Both the position numbers and the translations under genes were made by a program. Of a stretch of 64,000 nucleotides of DNA, positions 40,155 to 48,518 are shown piece after piece. The stretch's first letter is position 1. Each line of letters begins with the position of its first letter. The DNA lies in NCBI GenBank assembly GCA_003223455.1, contig QHVE01000014.1, positions 63,077 to 127,076 on the forward strand, given 5' to 3'. Below the pieces are notes generated by a model. It worked only from the letters and a program-made list of their open reading frames with translations. It did no database searches and had not been told where the DNA came from. The DNA is from Gemmatimonadota bacterium (lineage in GTDB: Bacteria > Gemmatimonadota > Gemmatimonadetes > Gemmatimonadales > Gemmatimonadaceae).

Positions 40155-41168
40155 TTAGGCCACCCCTTCGATCTCCGCCTCGTATTCCTCCGTCTTCCGC
40201 ACCGCTCGCATCACCGTATTCCCCGCCGCGAGTGCGCCGAGGAGGATGTAGATGTAGAAGGTGTAGAACCGCCACCAGATGAGCGCGGCGGCGAAGAGGC
40301 GGGGCGGGATCGTGCCGCCGAGGGCGGCGCGGAAGGCCATCTCCACGGCGCCGCCGCCGCCCGGTGCGGGGACGACGGCCGCTCCGTAGAGGAAGCCGAG
40401 CGGCCAGAGGGCGAGTGGCGCGAGCGGCGCCGCGGGGGCGCTCGTGAGCACGAGCGCCGGCAGCACGAGGAGCCGGATCCCGACGTGCACCACCGATGCG
40501 AGGAAGGCGTAGACGGCGGGACGCGTGCGGACTCGCTCGACCGAGTCGATCGTCGACCGGAGCTTGATGAGCGCCGTCTGGATGGTACGCCACCGGCCGC
40601 CGGTGAGTCGCAGCCGCTCGGCCCAGCGGGGCGGCGGGCCGCTCGTGTTGCGGCGCGAGAGATAGAGCGCCCCGGCGCCGATGCCGAGGATGACCGCGGC
40701 GTAGCCACCAACCATGCTCACCAGCGTCGCGACGACGACGCCAGCGTGGCGGAAGACGATCCCGACGACGAGCACGACCGCGGCGAGCGAGAACACCTCG
40801 AGGAACAGCTCGGCGTAGAGGATGACGAGCACGCTCGACGCGCGGAGCCCCGCTTCCGAGAGCACGAAGAAGCGGGCAGGCTCGGCGCCGGAACGCGCCG
40901 GTGTGATCGCGGCGGCGAAGTCGCCACCGAGACAGGTGCGCGTGGCGGTGGCGAGCGAGATCTGAATGCCGGCGGCGCGCGCGCTCCATCGGATCTTGAG
41001 TGACCGCGCGAGCACTTCGACCGCCACCGCGGCGGCGGCGAGCAGGTGGGCGCGCGGTGGGAGGGTGAGCGCCGCGCCGTGCTGCGACCAGCCGAAGACC
41101 AGGTAGAGCGAAACCCCGATCGTCGCCGCGAAGGAGACGAAGGTGAGCAGCCAGCGAATCGGGGTCAT
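40155..41168 (-). CDS. UPF0104 / lysyl-phosphatidylglycerol-synthase-TM-region-like (flippase-like) membrane protein
   Basis: 337 aa from MTPIRWLLTFVSFAATIGVSLYLVF.... It is polytopic (~8 TM) with the family-typical C-terminal block PAPGGGGAVEMAF. The upstream 259 codons of ORF 40155..41945 are Arg-rich shadow sequence. Confidence 0.75.
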   Translation of the reverse strand: MTPIRWLLTFVSFAATIGVSLYLVFGWSQHGAALTLPPRAHLLAAAAVAVEVLARSLKIRWSARAAGIQISLATATRTCLGGDFAAAITPARSGAEPARFFVLSEAGLRASSVLVILYAELFLEVFSLAAVVLVVGIVFRHAGVVVATLVSMVGGYAAVILGIGAGALYLSRRNTSGPPPRWAERLRLTGGRWRTIQTALIKLRSTIDSVERVRTRPAVYAFLASVVHVGIRLLVLPALVLTSAPAAPLAPLALWPLGFLYGAAVVPAPGGGGAVEMAFRAALGGTIPPRLFAAALIWWRFYTFYIYILLGALAAGNTVMRAVRKTEEYEAEIEGVA

Positions 41169-41222
41169 GCCGGAGCGGACGTCATCGGCTGAAGCTAGCG
41201 GTGATGGCCGATCGCCGCGACG

Positions 41223-42041
41223 ATGCGCGCGGCGAAGAATTTGCGCGTGCACGACTGCATGCGACGTCCGTATTTCGCCGCGGCGGCCCGACACTCCGCC
41301 ACTACGGTGCGAGGTGAGGAGCGGTTGCTCGATCTCGCGCACGGCACCGAGCGAGTGCCGGCCACGTTCCTCCTCCCGCCGGCCGCGCGCTCCGCACCGG
41401 CGGCGCTCCTGCTGCACGGCTTCTCGTCGAGCAAGGAGCGCATGGCACAGTCGGTGGGACGCGCGCTGCAGCAGCGCGGCGTCGCGTCGCTCGCGCTCGA
41501 CCTGCCATTCCACGGCGAGCGCGACGGCGGCCGCGACGAGATCCCGTATCGCAATCCACTGGCGCTGGTGGCCGCGTGGACGACAGCCGTGCGCGAGGCG
41601 CGCGCGGCGATCGAGTGGCTCGCGGCGCAACCCGAGGTGGACGCCGAGCACATCGGCGCGATCGGCTACTCGCTCGGAGGATTCCTCGCGTTGATGACGG
41701 CAGCGGAAGAACCGACGGTGCGCGTCGTCGCGCTCGCCGCGGCGGGCGATCTTCCCGCCACGACGCCCTACGCCGCGCTCGTGCGGCGGGCCGTGGATCC
41801 GCTGCGTGCCGTGCGCAAGTTGAGCGGCCGCCCGCTGCTGCTCGTCAACGGCCGGCGCGACACGACGACGCGTCCGGCGCAGGCGGAGCGATTGTTCGCG
41901 TACGCCGAGGAGCCGAAGGAACTGCGCTGGTACGACGGCGGGCACTGGCCGCCGCCATCGGCGATCGAGGACGCGGCAGCGTGGACGGCGGAGCAGTTGC
42001 GCGGACGCTCGTCACGCGCCGGAAAGCGTCAGGTCGGCTGA
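41223..42041 (+). CDS. alpha/beta-hydrolase (dienelactone hydrolase/prolyl oligopeptidase-like)
   Basis: Contains ALLLHGFSSSKE, the nucleophile elbow IGYSLGG, and a C-terminal LLLVNGRRD...GGHW (Asp/His). The start could instead be Met-13 (41259). Confidence 0.8.
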   Translation: MRAAKNLRVHDCMRRPYFAAAARHSATTVRGEERLLDLAHGTERVPATFLLPPAARSAPAALLLHGFSSSKERMAQSVGRALQQRGVASLALDLPFHGERDGGRDEIPYRNPLALVAAWTTAVREARAAIEWLAAQPEVDAEHIGAIGYSLGGFLALMTAAEEPTVRVVALAAAGDLPATTPYAALVRRAVDPLRAVRKLSGRPLLLVNGRRDTTTRPAQAERLFAYAEEPKELRWYDGGHWPPPSAIEDAAAWTAEQLRGRSSRAGKRQVG

Positions 42042-42841
42042 AGGCGTCGCCCGCGGCGATTGACGAGCACCTTGCGCACCATCAGCTCGCGCGTCGGCGG
42101 GAACATCGTCGGCACGAACCCGATCTGCTCGATCACGCACCCGCGCGCGTGGAACGCGCGCGCGTACTCGGCGACGTGCGCGATGTCGATCAGTGCGGCG
42201 ATGCCACCGGGCCGGAGCACGCGGACGATCTCGCCGATGGCGCGCCCACGCTCGGCCGCGTCGCGCAGGTTGTGGATCGCGAGGCTCGACACCACGACGT
42301 GCACGCTCGCATCGGGCAGGGGAAGCGCGCGCATGTCGGCGTCCCGCACCTCGACACGATCGCGCACACCCTCGGTCTCGGCGTTGGCGAGCGTGGCGGA
42401 GGCGCTGTTCTCCGCCTGATCGCGCTGCGACCAGACGTCGACGCCGATCGCGCGGCCGGTGGTGAGCCGATGCGCCGCCGCGACGAGGAGCAGTCCGCGG
42501 CCGCAGCCGACGTCGAGCACGGTCTCGTGGCCCCTGATGTGAAGACGGTGGAACAGTCGATCGCGCGCGCGAAGCTTGCCGAACCGGCTGCTCGCGATCA
42601 TGAGCAGCGCAGTCACGGCGAACGTGATCCCCGTCCAGCTCGCGATCCCGCCCAGCCGCCGAAGATTCAGGGTAGCGCCGAGCAACTCGAGCGCGATGCC
42701 GACGAAGAGCGTCAAGATGCCGAGCGCCGCGAAGCCGTTCACGACTCCGGGCGCGTCGAGCCCATAGTCGACGCTCCGCGCCGCACGAGGCTGGACGCTC
42801 GTGAGATGCGAGTGCGATGGCGCGCGGGAGGTCTGTGTCAT
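42029..42841 (-). CDS. membrane-anchored class I SAM-dependent methyltransferase
   Basis: 270 aa starting MTQTSRAP.... It has two N-terminal TM helices, then SAM motif I VLDVGCGRGLL, motif post-I IGVDVW, and LRPGGIAALID. Confidence 0.8.
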   Translation of the reverse strand: MTQTSRAPSHSHLTSVQPRAARSVDYGLDAPGVVNGFAALGILTLFVGIALELLGATLNLRRLGGIASWTGITFAVTALLMIASSRFGKLRARDRLFHRLHIRGHETVLDVGCGRGLLLVAAAHRLTTGRAIGVDVWSQRDQAENSASATLANAETEGVRDRVEVRDADMRALPLPDASVHVVVSSLAIHNLRDAAERGRAIGEIVRVLRPGGIAALIDIAHVAEYARAFHARGCVIEQIGFVPTMFPPTRELMVRKVLVNRRGRRLQPT

Positions 42842-42909
42842 GGGGTGCACCATGATACCGTGTACGTGCCCGTTGCGCATCCATCGCGGCGCAGCGCGGC
42901 CGCGGCGCG

Positions 42910-43917
42910 TCATTCCACGCGCGCGTACAGCTCGAACCAGGGTGCGAGCGGCTTGTCGCCGCGGGCGATGCGGGCTCCCGCGGCGATGACGCGCTTGACG
43001 AGCCGCTCCTCGAGCGCTGCCCATCGCTTCGTCCACCGGTCGGCGATCGGGACGAGAACGTCGCCGACGACCTGTTCGACGCGCATGCCGTTGCGCACGA
43101 GCAGTCGCTCGAGGGCGGTAGGGGTGAAGCCGTAGCGATACGGGAAGCCCAGCAGATTGTTCTGGGCGAGCCACTCGCGCGCGATGCCGGCGAGCGGTGA
43201 CTGGAGGAGCGGACGGAACGCCGCGTAGCAGGCGCCGTTGGGCACGCGCACGGCGAGCATCCCTCCGCTCGCGAGATGCGCGCGGGCCGCGCGTACCGCC
43301 GATGCGGGGTCGGCGAGCTGGTCGAGGCAGTTCCAGATCGCCACGACGTCGACGCGCCGCGCGGGGTCCAGCGACTCGATCGAGCCGTCGTCCACCTGGA
43401 AGCCGAGCGCGCGCGTGAAGGCGTTGGTCTGCGCATTCACGTCGACGCCGGCGAACTGCCAGCCGGCAGCGCGCGCCGCGGCGAGAAAGGCGCCGACGTA
43501 GCTCCCGACCTCGACGCCGGTGCCGCGCCGGCCGAAGATCTCCGTGAGGCGCGCCGCCTGCGCGTCGTACGCCGAGCGCTGCGTGTCGTGGAGCGCGCGC
43601 AGCACCGGCTCGTCGGGCCCCTCGTTCTCGTAGATCTCGGCGACCTCCGACGCCCGTTCCATCGGATTGCGGTACACCAGCCCGCAGTCGTCGCATCGCA
43701 CGAGCCGCAGCGGCGTACGCTGCGAGAACGCGACGCGATCCATCAGGTGGTCCGGCGGGATGTCGGCGCGCAGGCGCTTCTGGTGGAACTCCCAGAGCTG
43801 CTCGATCTCGATCCGTGCGTCGTCGGCGGAGAGAAGCTCCTCGGAGGAGGCGCTGGAGCACACCGCGCACCGCGTGAGCTCGTACGAGACGTCGGTCACG
43901 GGCGCTGCGCGCTGCAA
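42910..43917 (-). CDS. class I SAM-dependent methyltransferase with an N-terminal Cys4 zinc-ribbon
   Basis: Contains CAVCSS...CDDCGLVY (CxxC...CxxC), then GVEVGSYVGAFL, FAGVDVN, VVAIWNCLDQLADP and LASGGMLAVRVPN. Confidence 0.8.
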   Translation of the reverse strand: MQRAAPVTDVSYELTRCAVCSSASSEELLSADDARIEIEQLWEFHQKRLRADIPPDHLMDRVAFSQRTPLRLVRCDDCGLVYRNPMERASEVAEIYENEGPDEPVLRALHDTQRSAYDAQAARLTEIFGRRGTGVEVGSYVGAFLAAARAAGWQFAGVDVNAQTNAFTRALGFQVDDGSIESLDPARRVDVVAIWNCLDQLADPASAVRAARAHLASGGMLAVRVPNGACYAAFRPLLQSPLAGIAREWLAQNNLLGFPYRYGFTPTALERLLVRNGMRVEQVVGDVLVPIADRWTKRWAALEERLVKRVIAAGARIARGDKPLAPWFELYARVE

Positions 43918-43955
43918 GATGAGTGCGCGGCAGCGCTAGCGCTGCGACGTCACCT

Positions 43956-45218
43956 TCACGCGGGCACGGTCGCGGGCTCGGCGCGGAACGCGGCGATGGC
44001 GTGCGCCATCGCGAAGCGCTCGGCGTGCAGGCGACGCGCGTTCTCGGACAGCCGTTCGCGGAGCGTTGCGTCGGCGAGGAGCTTCGTGACCGCGCCCGCC
44101 AGCGCGTGGGGCGCGTGCGAGTCGGTGAGGTGGATCGCGCGCTCGGCCGACCAGAGCTCTTCCGTGCTCCGGCCGCGGTTGGCGATCGTCGGGCGGCCGA
44201 GGGCGACGCCGGCCATGAGCGAGCCACGCCGCGTGCTCGCGCCATCCTCGAACGGCTGAACGAGCAGGTCGCACGCCGCGAGGTGCATCGCGACGTCGTC
44301 GGGCGCGAGCCCGCCGGTGGCGACGATGCGCGCCGCGAGCTCCGGTCGCTCGGTGACGATGAAGTCGCGCAGCGCCTCGCCACCGCGGCCGACGAGCAGG
44401 AAGGTGCGGTCGTGCGCCTCGTCGAGGATGCGCGCGACGACGTGCGGCATGAGCGCGAAATGGAAGCGCCCGAAGGTGCCGAAGTGCCCGACGAGCACGC
44501 GCTGGTGGCGTCCGCGCGCGAGCAGCGTGCGCCGGAGCTCGGCGACGCGCGCCTCGTCGGCGTGGTCGGGGACGTTCGACGAGACGGGAACCCATGCGGC
44601 TTCCGCATCTTTCGGCAGCGCGCGCATGCCGAGCAGCGAGAGTCGCGTCTGCCACGCGGGGGTCGTGAGGTAGACGCGCCGCGCCGATCGCGCCGCGCAC
44701 CAGGTCATGACGCGGTGCATCATGCCGGCGAGCGCGCGGCGCGTCGTCTCGCGGCCGATGTCGAAGCCGGCGTCGTGCACGTAGAGATCGAGGCGGCGGC
44801 CCGGCAGCCGGAACAGCATCAGCGCGAACCGCAGGTTCGTCGTTCGCCGGCCGAACGCCATCGGCATCCACTGCACGAGCACGCGCGCGTCCGGCGGGAG
44901 CGCACGCAGCGCGCGGCGGAGTTGCGCGATCGCGCGCCAGCCGAAGCGCGAGGGCAGCACGTGCACCGTCACGCCGGGAATCTCCGGCGCACGCGCGGGC
45001 TCCGCATCGTCGAGCGTGGGCGCGGGCGGACACCAGACTTCGACCGTGTCGCCCGATGCGGCGAGCGCGGCGACCAGGTGGTGCGTGTGGTCGCCCAGGC
45101 TGCCCTCGAGCGGAGGATACTCGCCGGTGACGACGCACCAGTGCTGGCGCGGTACCTCGAGGGCGCGCACGGTTCGCGAGGGACGACTCGGTGTGGGGCG
45201 GTCGACGACGAGCGTCAC
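43956..45218 (-). CDS. GT-B fold glycosyltransferase (GT1/GT4-like)
   Basis: Contains WCVVTGEYPPLEGSLGDHTHHLVAALAASG (N-terminal Rossmann) and a C-terminal LLVQPFEDGASTRRGSLMAGVALGRPTI block. The start is assigned to GTG 45218, forming a GTGA overlap with the upstream GT2 stop. GTG 45170 is an alternative. Confidence 0.7.
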   Translation of the reverse strand: MTLVVDRPTPSRPSRTVRALEVPRQHWCVVTGEYPPLEGSLGDHTHHLVAALAASGDTVEVWCPPAPTLDDAEPARAPEIPGVTVHVLPSRFGWRAIAQLRRALRALPPDARVLVQWMPMAFGRRTTNLRFALMLFRLPGRRLDLYVHDAGFDIGRETTRRALAGMMHRVMTWCAARSARRVYLTTPAWQTRLSLLGMRALPKDAEAAWVPVSSNVPDHADEARVAELRRTLLARGRHQRVLVGHFGTFGRFHFALMPHVVARILDEAHDRTFLLVGRGGEALRDFIVTERPELAARIVATGGLAPDDVAMHLAACDLLVQPFEDGASTRRGSLMAGVALGRPTIANRGRSTEELWSAERAIHLTDSHAPHALAGAVTKLLADATLRERLSENARRLHAERFAMAHAIAAFRAEPATVPA

Positions 45219-46162
45219 GAGCTTCGAGCGGCGAGGAGCTGGGCCCGGGCGCGCCACTCGCGCCAGTGGAGCGCGATCGTGCCCAGCTCCACCGGGAGCG
45301 AGATGAGCGCGCTCAGGGTGTCGAGCGACTTGCTCCCGCGCACGATGCGCGCGAGTCGCGCGCGGGTCTGGTGCTGGAGGTACCAGGGCAGACCGTGACG
45401 CGGGCCGTGCAGCGTCATGTGCAGCACGCTCGACTCGTGCACGCGTGCGAGCGTCGCGCCCCACGGGAGTGGACGCGGCGGATGATCGACGTCGGCGTCG
45501 GGGATGAAGCGAATCATGAATCCCGCCTTGAGGAGTCGCGCCTGCAGATCGGCGCCCTCCATGTGCGGGTAAGGGTAGCGCTCGTCGAAGCCGCCCATCT
45601 GCGCGAAGTGCGCGCGCCGGATGGCGAAGTTGCACGACCAGAGCCTGCCGCCGTCGAGGTTGACCGGGGCGCCGTGACGCGGCGAGTCGAGACCGGCGCG
45701 ACAGATCGTGCGCCCCTCGAGCACATCGAGCGCGTCGGGGTTCGGGTTGAACACGCTGGCGAACGCCTCGAGCCAGCCGAACTCCGGCAGGCAGTCATCG
45801 TCGGTGAAGGCGAGCCACTCGCCGCGGGCGACGCGGGCGCCGGCGTTGCGGTTGGCGGCGGGCCCTCGACGCGGACCGCCCGTCCATCGCACCCACGGGT
45901 AGCGGTCGAACACCAGCTCCCGCGCCGCGGCGTGCGCGCTGTCGTCGGCGACGACCACTTCGTACTGGTCGTGCGAGAGCGCCTGCGCGCAGGGAGCGAG
46001 GCGATCGAGACAGCGCGCGAGCGCCTCGTTGCGGTCGCGCGTCGGAATGACGACCGAGATCAACTTCTGGACGGGCACGAGGGCGCGATCCGGAGGGGAG
46101 GGAGAGACGGCACGGCGCGACGATCGTCTCTCATTTGACGCTCGGCGCACCACCGGCGTCAC
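45215..46162 (-). CDS. family 2 glycosyltransferase (GT-A fold)
   Basis: Contains ISVVIPTRDRNEALARCLDRL, VVVADDSAHA, and the DxD region LAFTDDDCLP. Confidence 0.85.
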   Translation of the reverse strand: MTPVVRRASNERRSSRRAVSPSPPDRALVPVQKLISVVIPTRDRNEALARCLDRLAPCAQALSHDQYEVVVADDSAHAAARELVFDRYPWVRWTGGPRRGPAANRNAGARVARGEWLAFTDDDCLPEFGWLEAFASVFNPNPDALDVLEGRTICRAGLDSPRHGAPVNLDGGRLWSCNFAIRRAHFAQMGGFDERYPYPHMEGADLQARLLKAGFMIRFIPDADVDHPPRPLPWGATLARVHESSVLHMTLHGPRHGLPWYLQHQTRARLARIVRGSKSLDTLSALISLPVELGTIALHWREWRARAQLLAARSS

Positions 46163-46224
46163 CCCTGAGGCCGCCAGCTCGGCGGGCGGCCCTGCGGTGT
46201 CCCTCGGCCCTCATCCCGCCCGGT

Positions 46225-47418
46225 GTGAAGCTCGCACTCGTCTCGCTGAACGACTCGACCGACGTGCTGCAGTGGTCGGGGGTGAACTACCACATGGCGC
46301 GGGCACTGGAGCGCGCTGGGGCGACCCTCGTGCGCGTCGGTCCGCTGGCGCATCCGTGGACGCGGGCGATGAGGCTGCGCCGCCGCTGGTACGGCCTGTG
46401 GCGGCACGAGTACCTCGCCAGCCTGGAGCCCTCGGCGCTCGACGCGTTCGGTGCGCAGGCCCGCGCGGCGATCCCGGGGGACGTGGATGCGGTGGTGGCA
46501 GTGACGACGATGATTGCGGCGAGCCTGGACGGGCTGCGCGCCCCGGTGATCAGCTGGGACGATTCGAGTCCCGCGGCACTGCTCGACCACTCCCCCGAGC
46601 TCGAGCGCCTCGCGGCGCGCAGCGCGCGCGACGCGATGACGATGGGGCGCCGCGCCGCGCAGAACGTGCAGCTCGCGATGTACGCATCCGAGTGGGCGGC
46701 ATCGTCGGCGCGCACGGCGTTCGCTCTGCCGCTCGACCGCGTGGCGGTGGTGCCGTTCGGCGCGAACCTAGAGCGCCTGCCGTCGGGCGACGACGTACGG
46801 CGCGCCATCGCGGCGCGCTCCCGCACGCGCTGTCGGATGCTGTGGGTCGGCGTGGATTGGGAGCGCAAGCGCGGCGACCTGGTGGTGGAGATCGCGCAGC
46901 GCATCGAGGCGCACGGGATCCCGGTGGACCTCACCGTGGTCGGCTCTCGTCCGACAGGGGACCGCGAGCTTCCCGAGTGGGTGCAGGTGGAGGGATTCCT
47001 CAGCAAGCGCACGGCGGCGGGCGCGGCGCGGCTGGCGGAGCTGTACGCGCGGTCGCACTTCATCGTGATGCCGTCGAACGCCGAGACGTATGGCCTCGTG
47101 TACGCCGAGGCGGCGGCGTTCGGCGTGCCGTCGGTGGCGACGCGGACGGGGGGCGTGCCGACGGTCGTCGTGGATGGCGAGACGGGGATCCTCGATGATC
47201 CCGACGCGACGGCGGAGTCGTACGCGGGCCGGATCCTCGCGCTGATGAAGGATCGTCCGCGCTACGAGGCGATGGCGCGGGCCGCGGCGACGCGATCGGC
47301 GGCGATGCTGAACTGGGACGTGGCGGGGCGGGAGGCGGTGGCGCGGATCGCGGCGGTGGCGGGCGTGGTCGACGGACGGAGGGAACGTCCGCGGCGGATG
47401 GCACTGACGCCGATCTGA
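46225..47418 (+). CDS. family 4 glycosyltransferase (Glycos_transf_1)
   Basis: Contains the EX7E block FIVMPSNAETYGLVYAEAAAFGVPSVATRTGGVPTVVVDGETG. The start is set at GTG 46225 (VKLALVSLND) to avoid overlap with the divergent GT2. The track start is 46135. Confidence 0.8.
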   Translation: MKLALVSLNDSTDVLQWSGVNYHMARALERAGATLVRVGPLAHPWTRAMRLRRRWYGLWRHEYLASLEPSALDAFGAQARAAIPGDVDAVVAVTTMIAASLDGLRAPVISWDDSSPAALLDHSPELERLAARSARDAMTMGRRAAQNVQLAMYASEWAASSARTAFALPLDRVAVVPFGANLERLPSGDDVRRAIAARSRTRCRMLWVGVDWERKRGDLVVEIAQRIEAHGIPVDLTVVGSRPTGDRELPEWVQVEGFLSKRTAAGAARLAELYARSHFIVMPSNAETYGLVYAEAAAFGVPSVATRTGGVPTVVVDGETGILDDPDATAESYAGRILALMKDRPRYEAMARAAATRSAAMLNWDVAGREAVARIAAVAGVVDGRRERPRRMALTPI

Positions 47419-47618
47419 GCGTCGCGCGCGGCGCGTTGGCGCGTTGGGCTGCACGTCGACGGATCGCCCGGGTTGCGAGCAAACGATCGCAGCGTGCGAA
47501 GCCGTGATGTACGCGGAGTGCGCTCGATGGCCTCAATCGGCCTTGCGGCAGCGCTCGGCAACCGGGCACACCACTGGCGACATTCCTCCGGGCAGCGATC
47601 CGGATGCACCTGACGAGG

Positions 47619-48122
47619 TCACTCGCCGTTTCGCAGCACCTTTCGCGTCTCTCCGTGGGGAAGCCGCACCGCGGTCGGGTCCGCAGTCGTCTCGAGGATC
47701 TCCCGGTCCCGCCCCCGTCTCGCCAGGGCCAGCGAACCAGCGGCAGAGCCAGCACCGGCTACCGCGAAGACGGGACCCAGGAACACCAGGTTCCAGAGGA
47801 AAGCAGGGTCCCCGGCAAGGGAGACGGCCAGGACAAAGGTCGCGGAGAGCAGGAAACCCCCGGCTGCCCCCCATGCTGCGAAGCGTGGAAGGGACATCTC
47901 ATCAAACCGGCGACGGCCCTCAACGAGACCCAGCACTCCTGAGAAAATGAGCCCTGCGACGAATCCGGCGGCAGCAAACATGATGGGAAACGGAGCGTCC
48001 GGACGACTACCGGTTCGCAGCAGAAACCCGAGCATCACGAGCGTGCCGACGCCGCCCCAGGCTGCTGCCCAGGTCAATCCCAGCCCAACGGCGCCACGGA
48101 TGCGTCTCAACCACTTCTGCAT
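47619..48122 (-). CDS. hypothetical 4-TM membrane protein
   Basis: Starts MQKWLRRIRGAVGLGLTWAAAWGGVGTLVMLGFLL... and has four hydrophobic helices. I recognise no family. An alternative start is at 48140. Confidence 0.55.
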   Translation of the reverse strand: MQKWLRRIRGAVGLGLTWAAAWGGVGTLVMLGFLLRTGSRPDAPFPIMFAAAGFVAGLIFSGVLGLVEGRRRFDEMSLPRFAAWGAAGGFLLSATFVLAVSLAGDPAFLWNLVFLGPVFAVAGAGSAAGSLALARRGRDREILETTADPTAVRLPHGETRKVLRNGE

Positions 48123-48185
48123 GCCTACCTCCCACGCCATCCGAAGTCCTGCCTCGCCGCCTGGGTCCGACCAATACCGGTGAGC

Positions 48186-48204
48186 TACTTTGTGGCGCAA
48201 AGTA
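48186..48204. promoter_or_regulatory. perfect 7-5-7 palindrome TACTTTG-TGGCG-CAAAGTA (candidate operator)
   Basis: Exact dyad symmetry, ~65 nt upstream of the 47619-48122 gene start, inside a 396-nt divergent intergenic region. Confidence 0.35.
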
Positions 48205-48366
48205 CGCGGGCGCATCGTGACGGGCAAGCAGTCGGGCACGTCGAGATGGCGCCGATCCCATGACCACGGAATGGCCGGAGCTCGCGGCAAAGTGGCTGCG
48301 CTGGCGCGACCAGGACAGCATCACGCTGCGTCTCAGCGATCCGTTCAGTCGGCGATCGTCGGAATT

Positions 48367-48394
48367 GCGGCGGCTGCGCCGCCGCTCTTATTTG
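48367..48394 (+). terminator. orphan terminator-like hairpin GCGGCGGC-TGC-GCCGCCGC followed by TCTTATTTG
   Basis: An 8-bp all-GC stem with a 3-nt loop, with a T-rich tail only in the + orientation. There is no annotated + strand gene upstream of it. Confidence 0.35.
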
Positions 48395-48518
48395 ACTCGC
48401 CGCAGCTCAGCCAGGGCGTTCGACCGCGTCATCCATGTCAGGACGGGAGAGCACTGCTCTTGTCGCAGTCGTAGCGATCATCAGTCGGCCAGCCCCCGTC
48501 TACCGCACCGAGCGCCTC

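Noticed and set aside
47430-47447. Tandem octamer GGCGCGTT GGCGCGTT GG just after the GT4 stop, superficially like the GGTGAGTT repeats at 708
   Set aside because: There are only two units, with no partner inverted copy and no similarity beyond the G/T pattern. It is probably coincidental.
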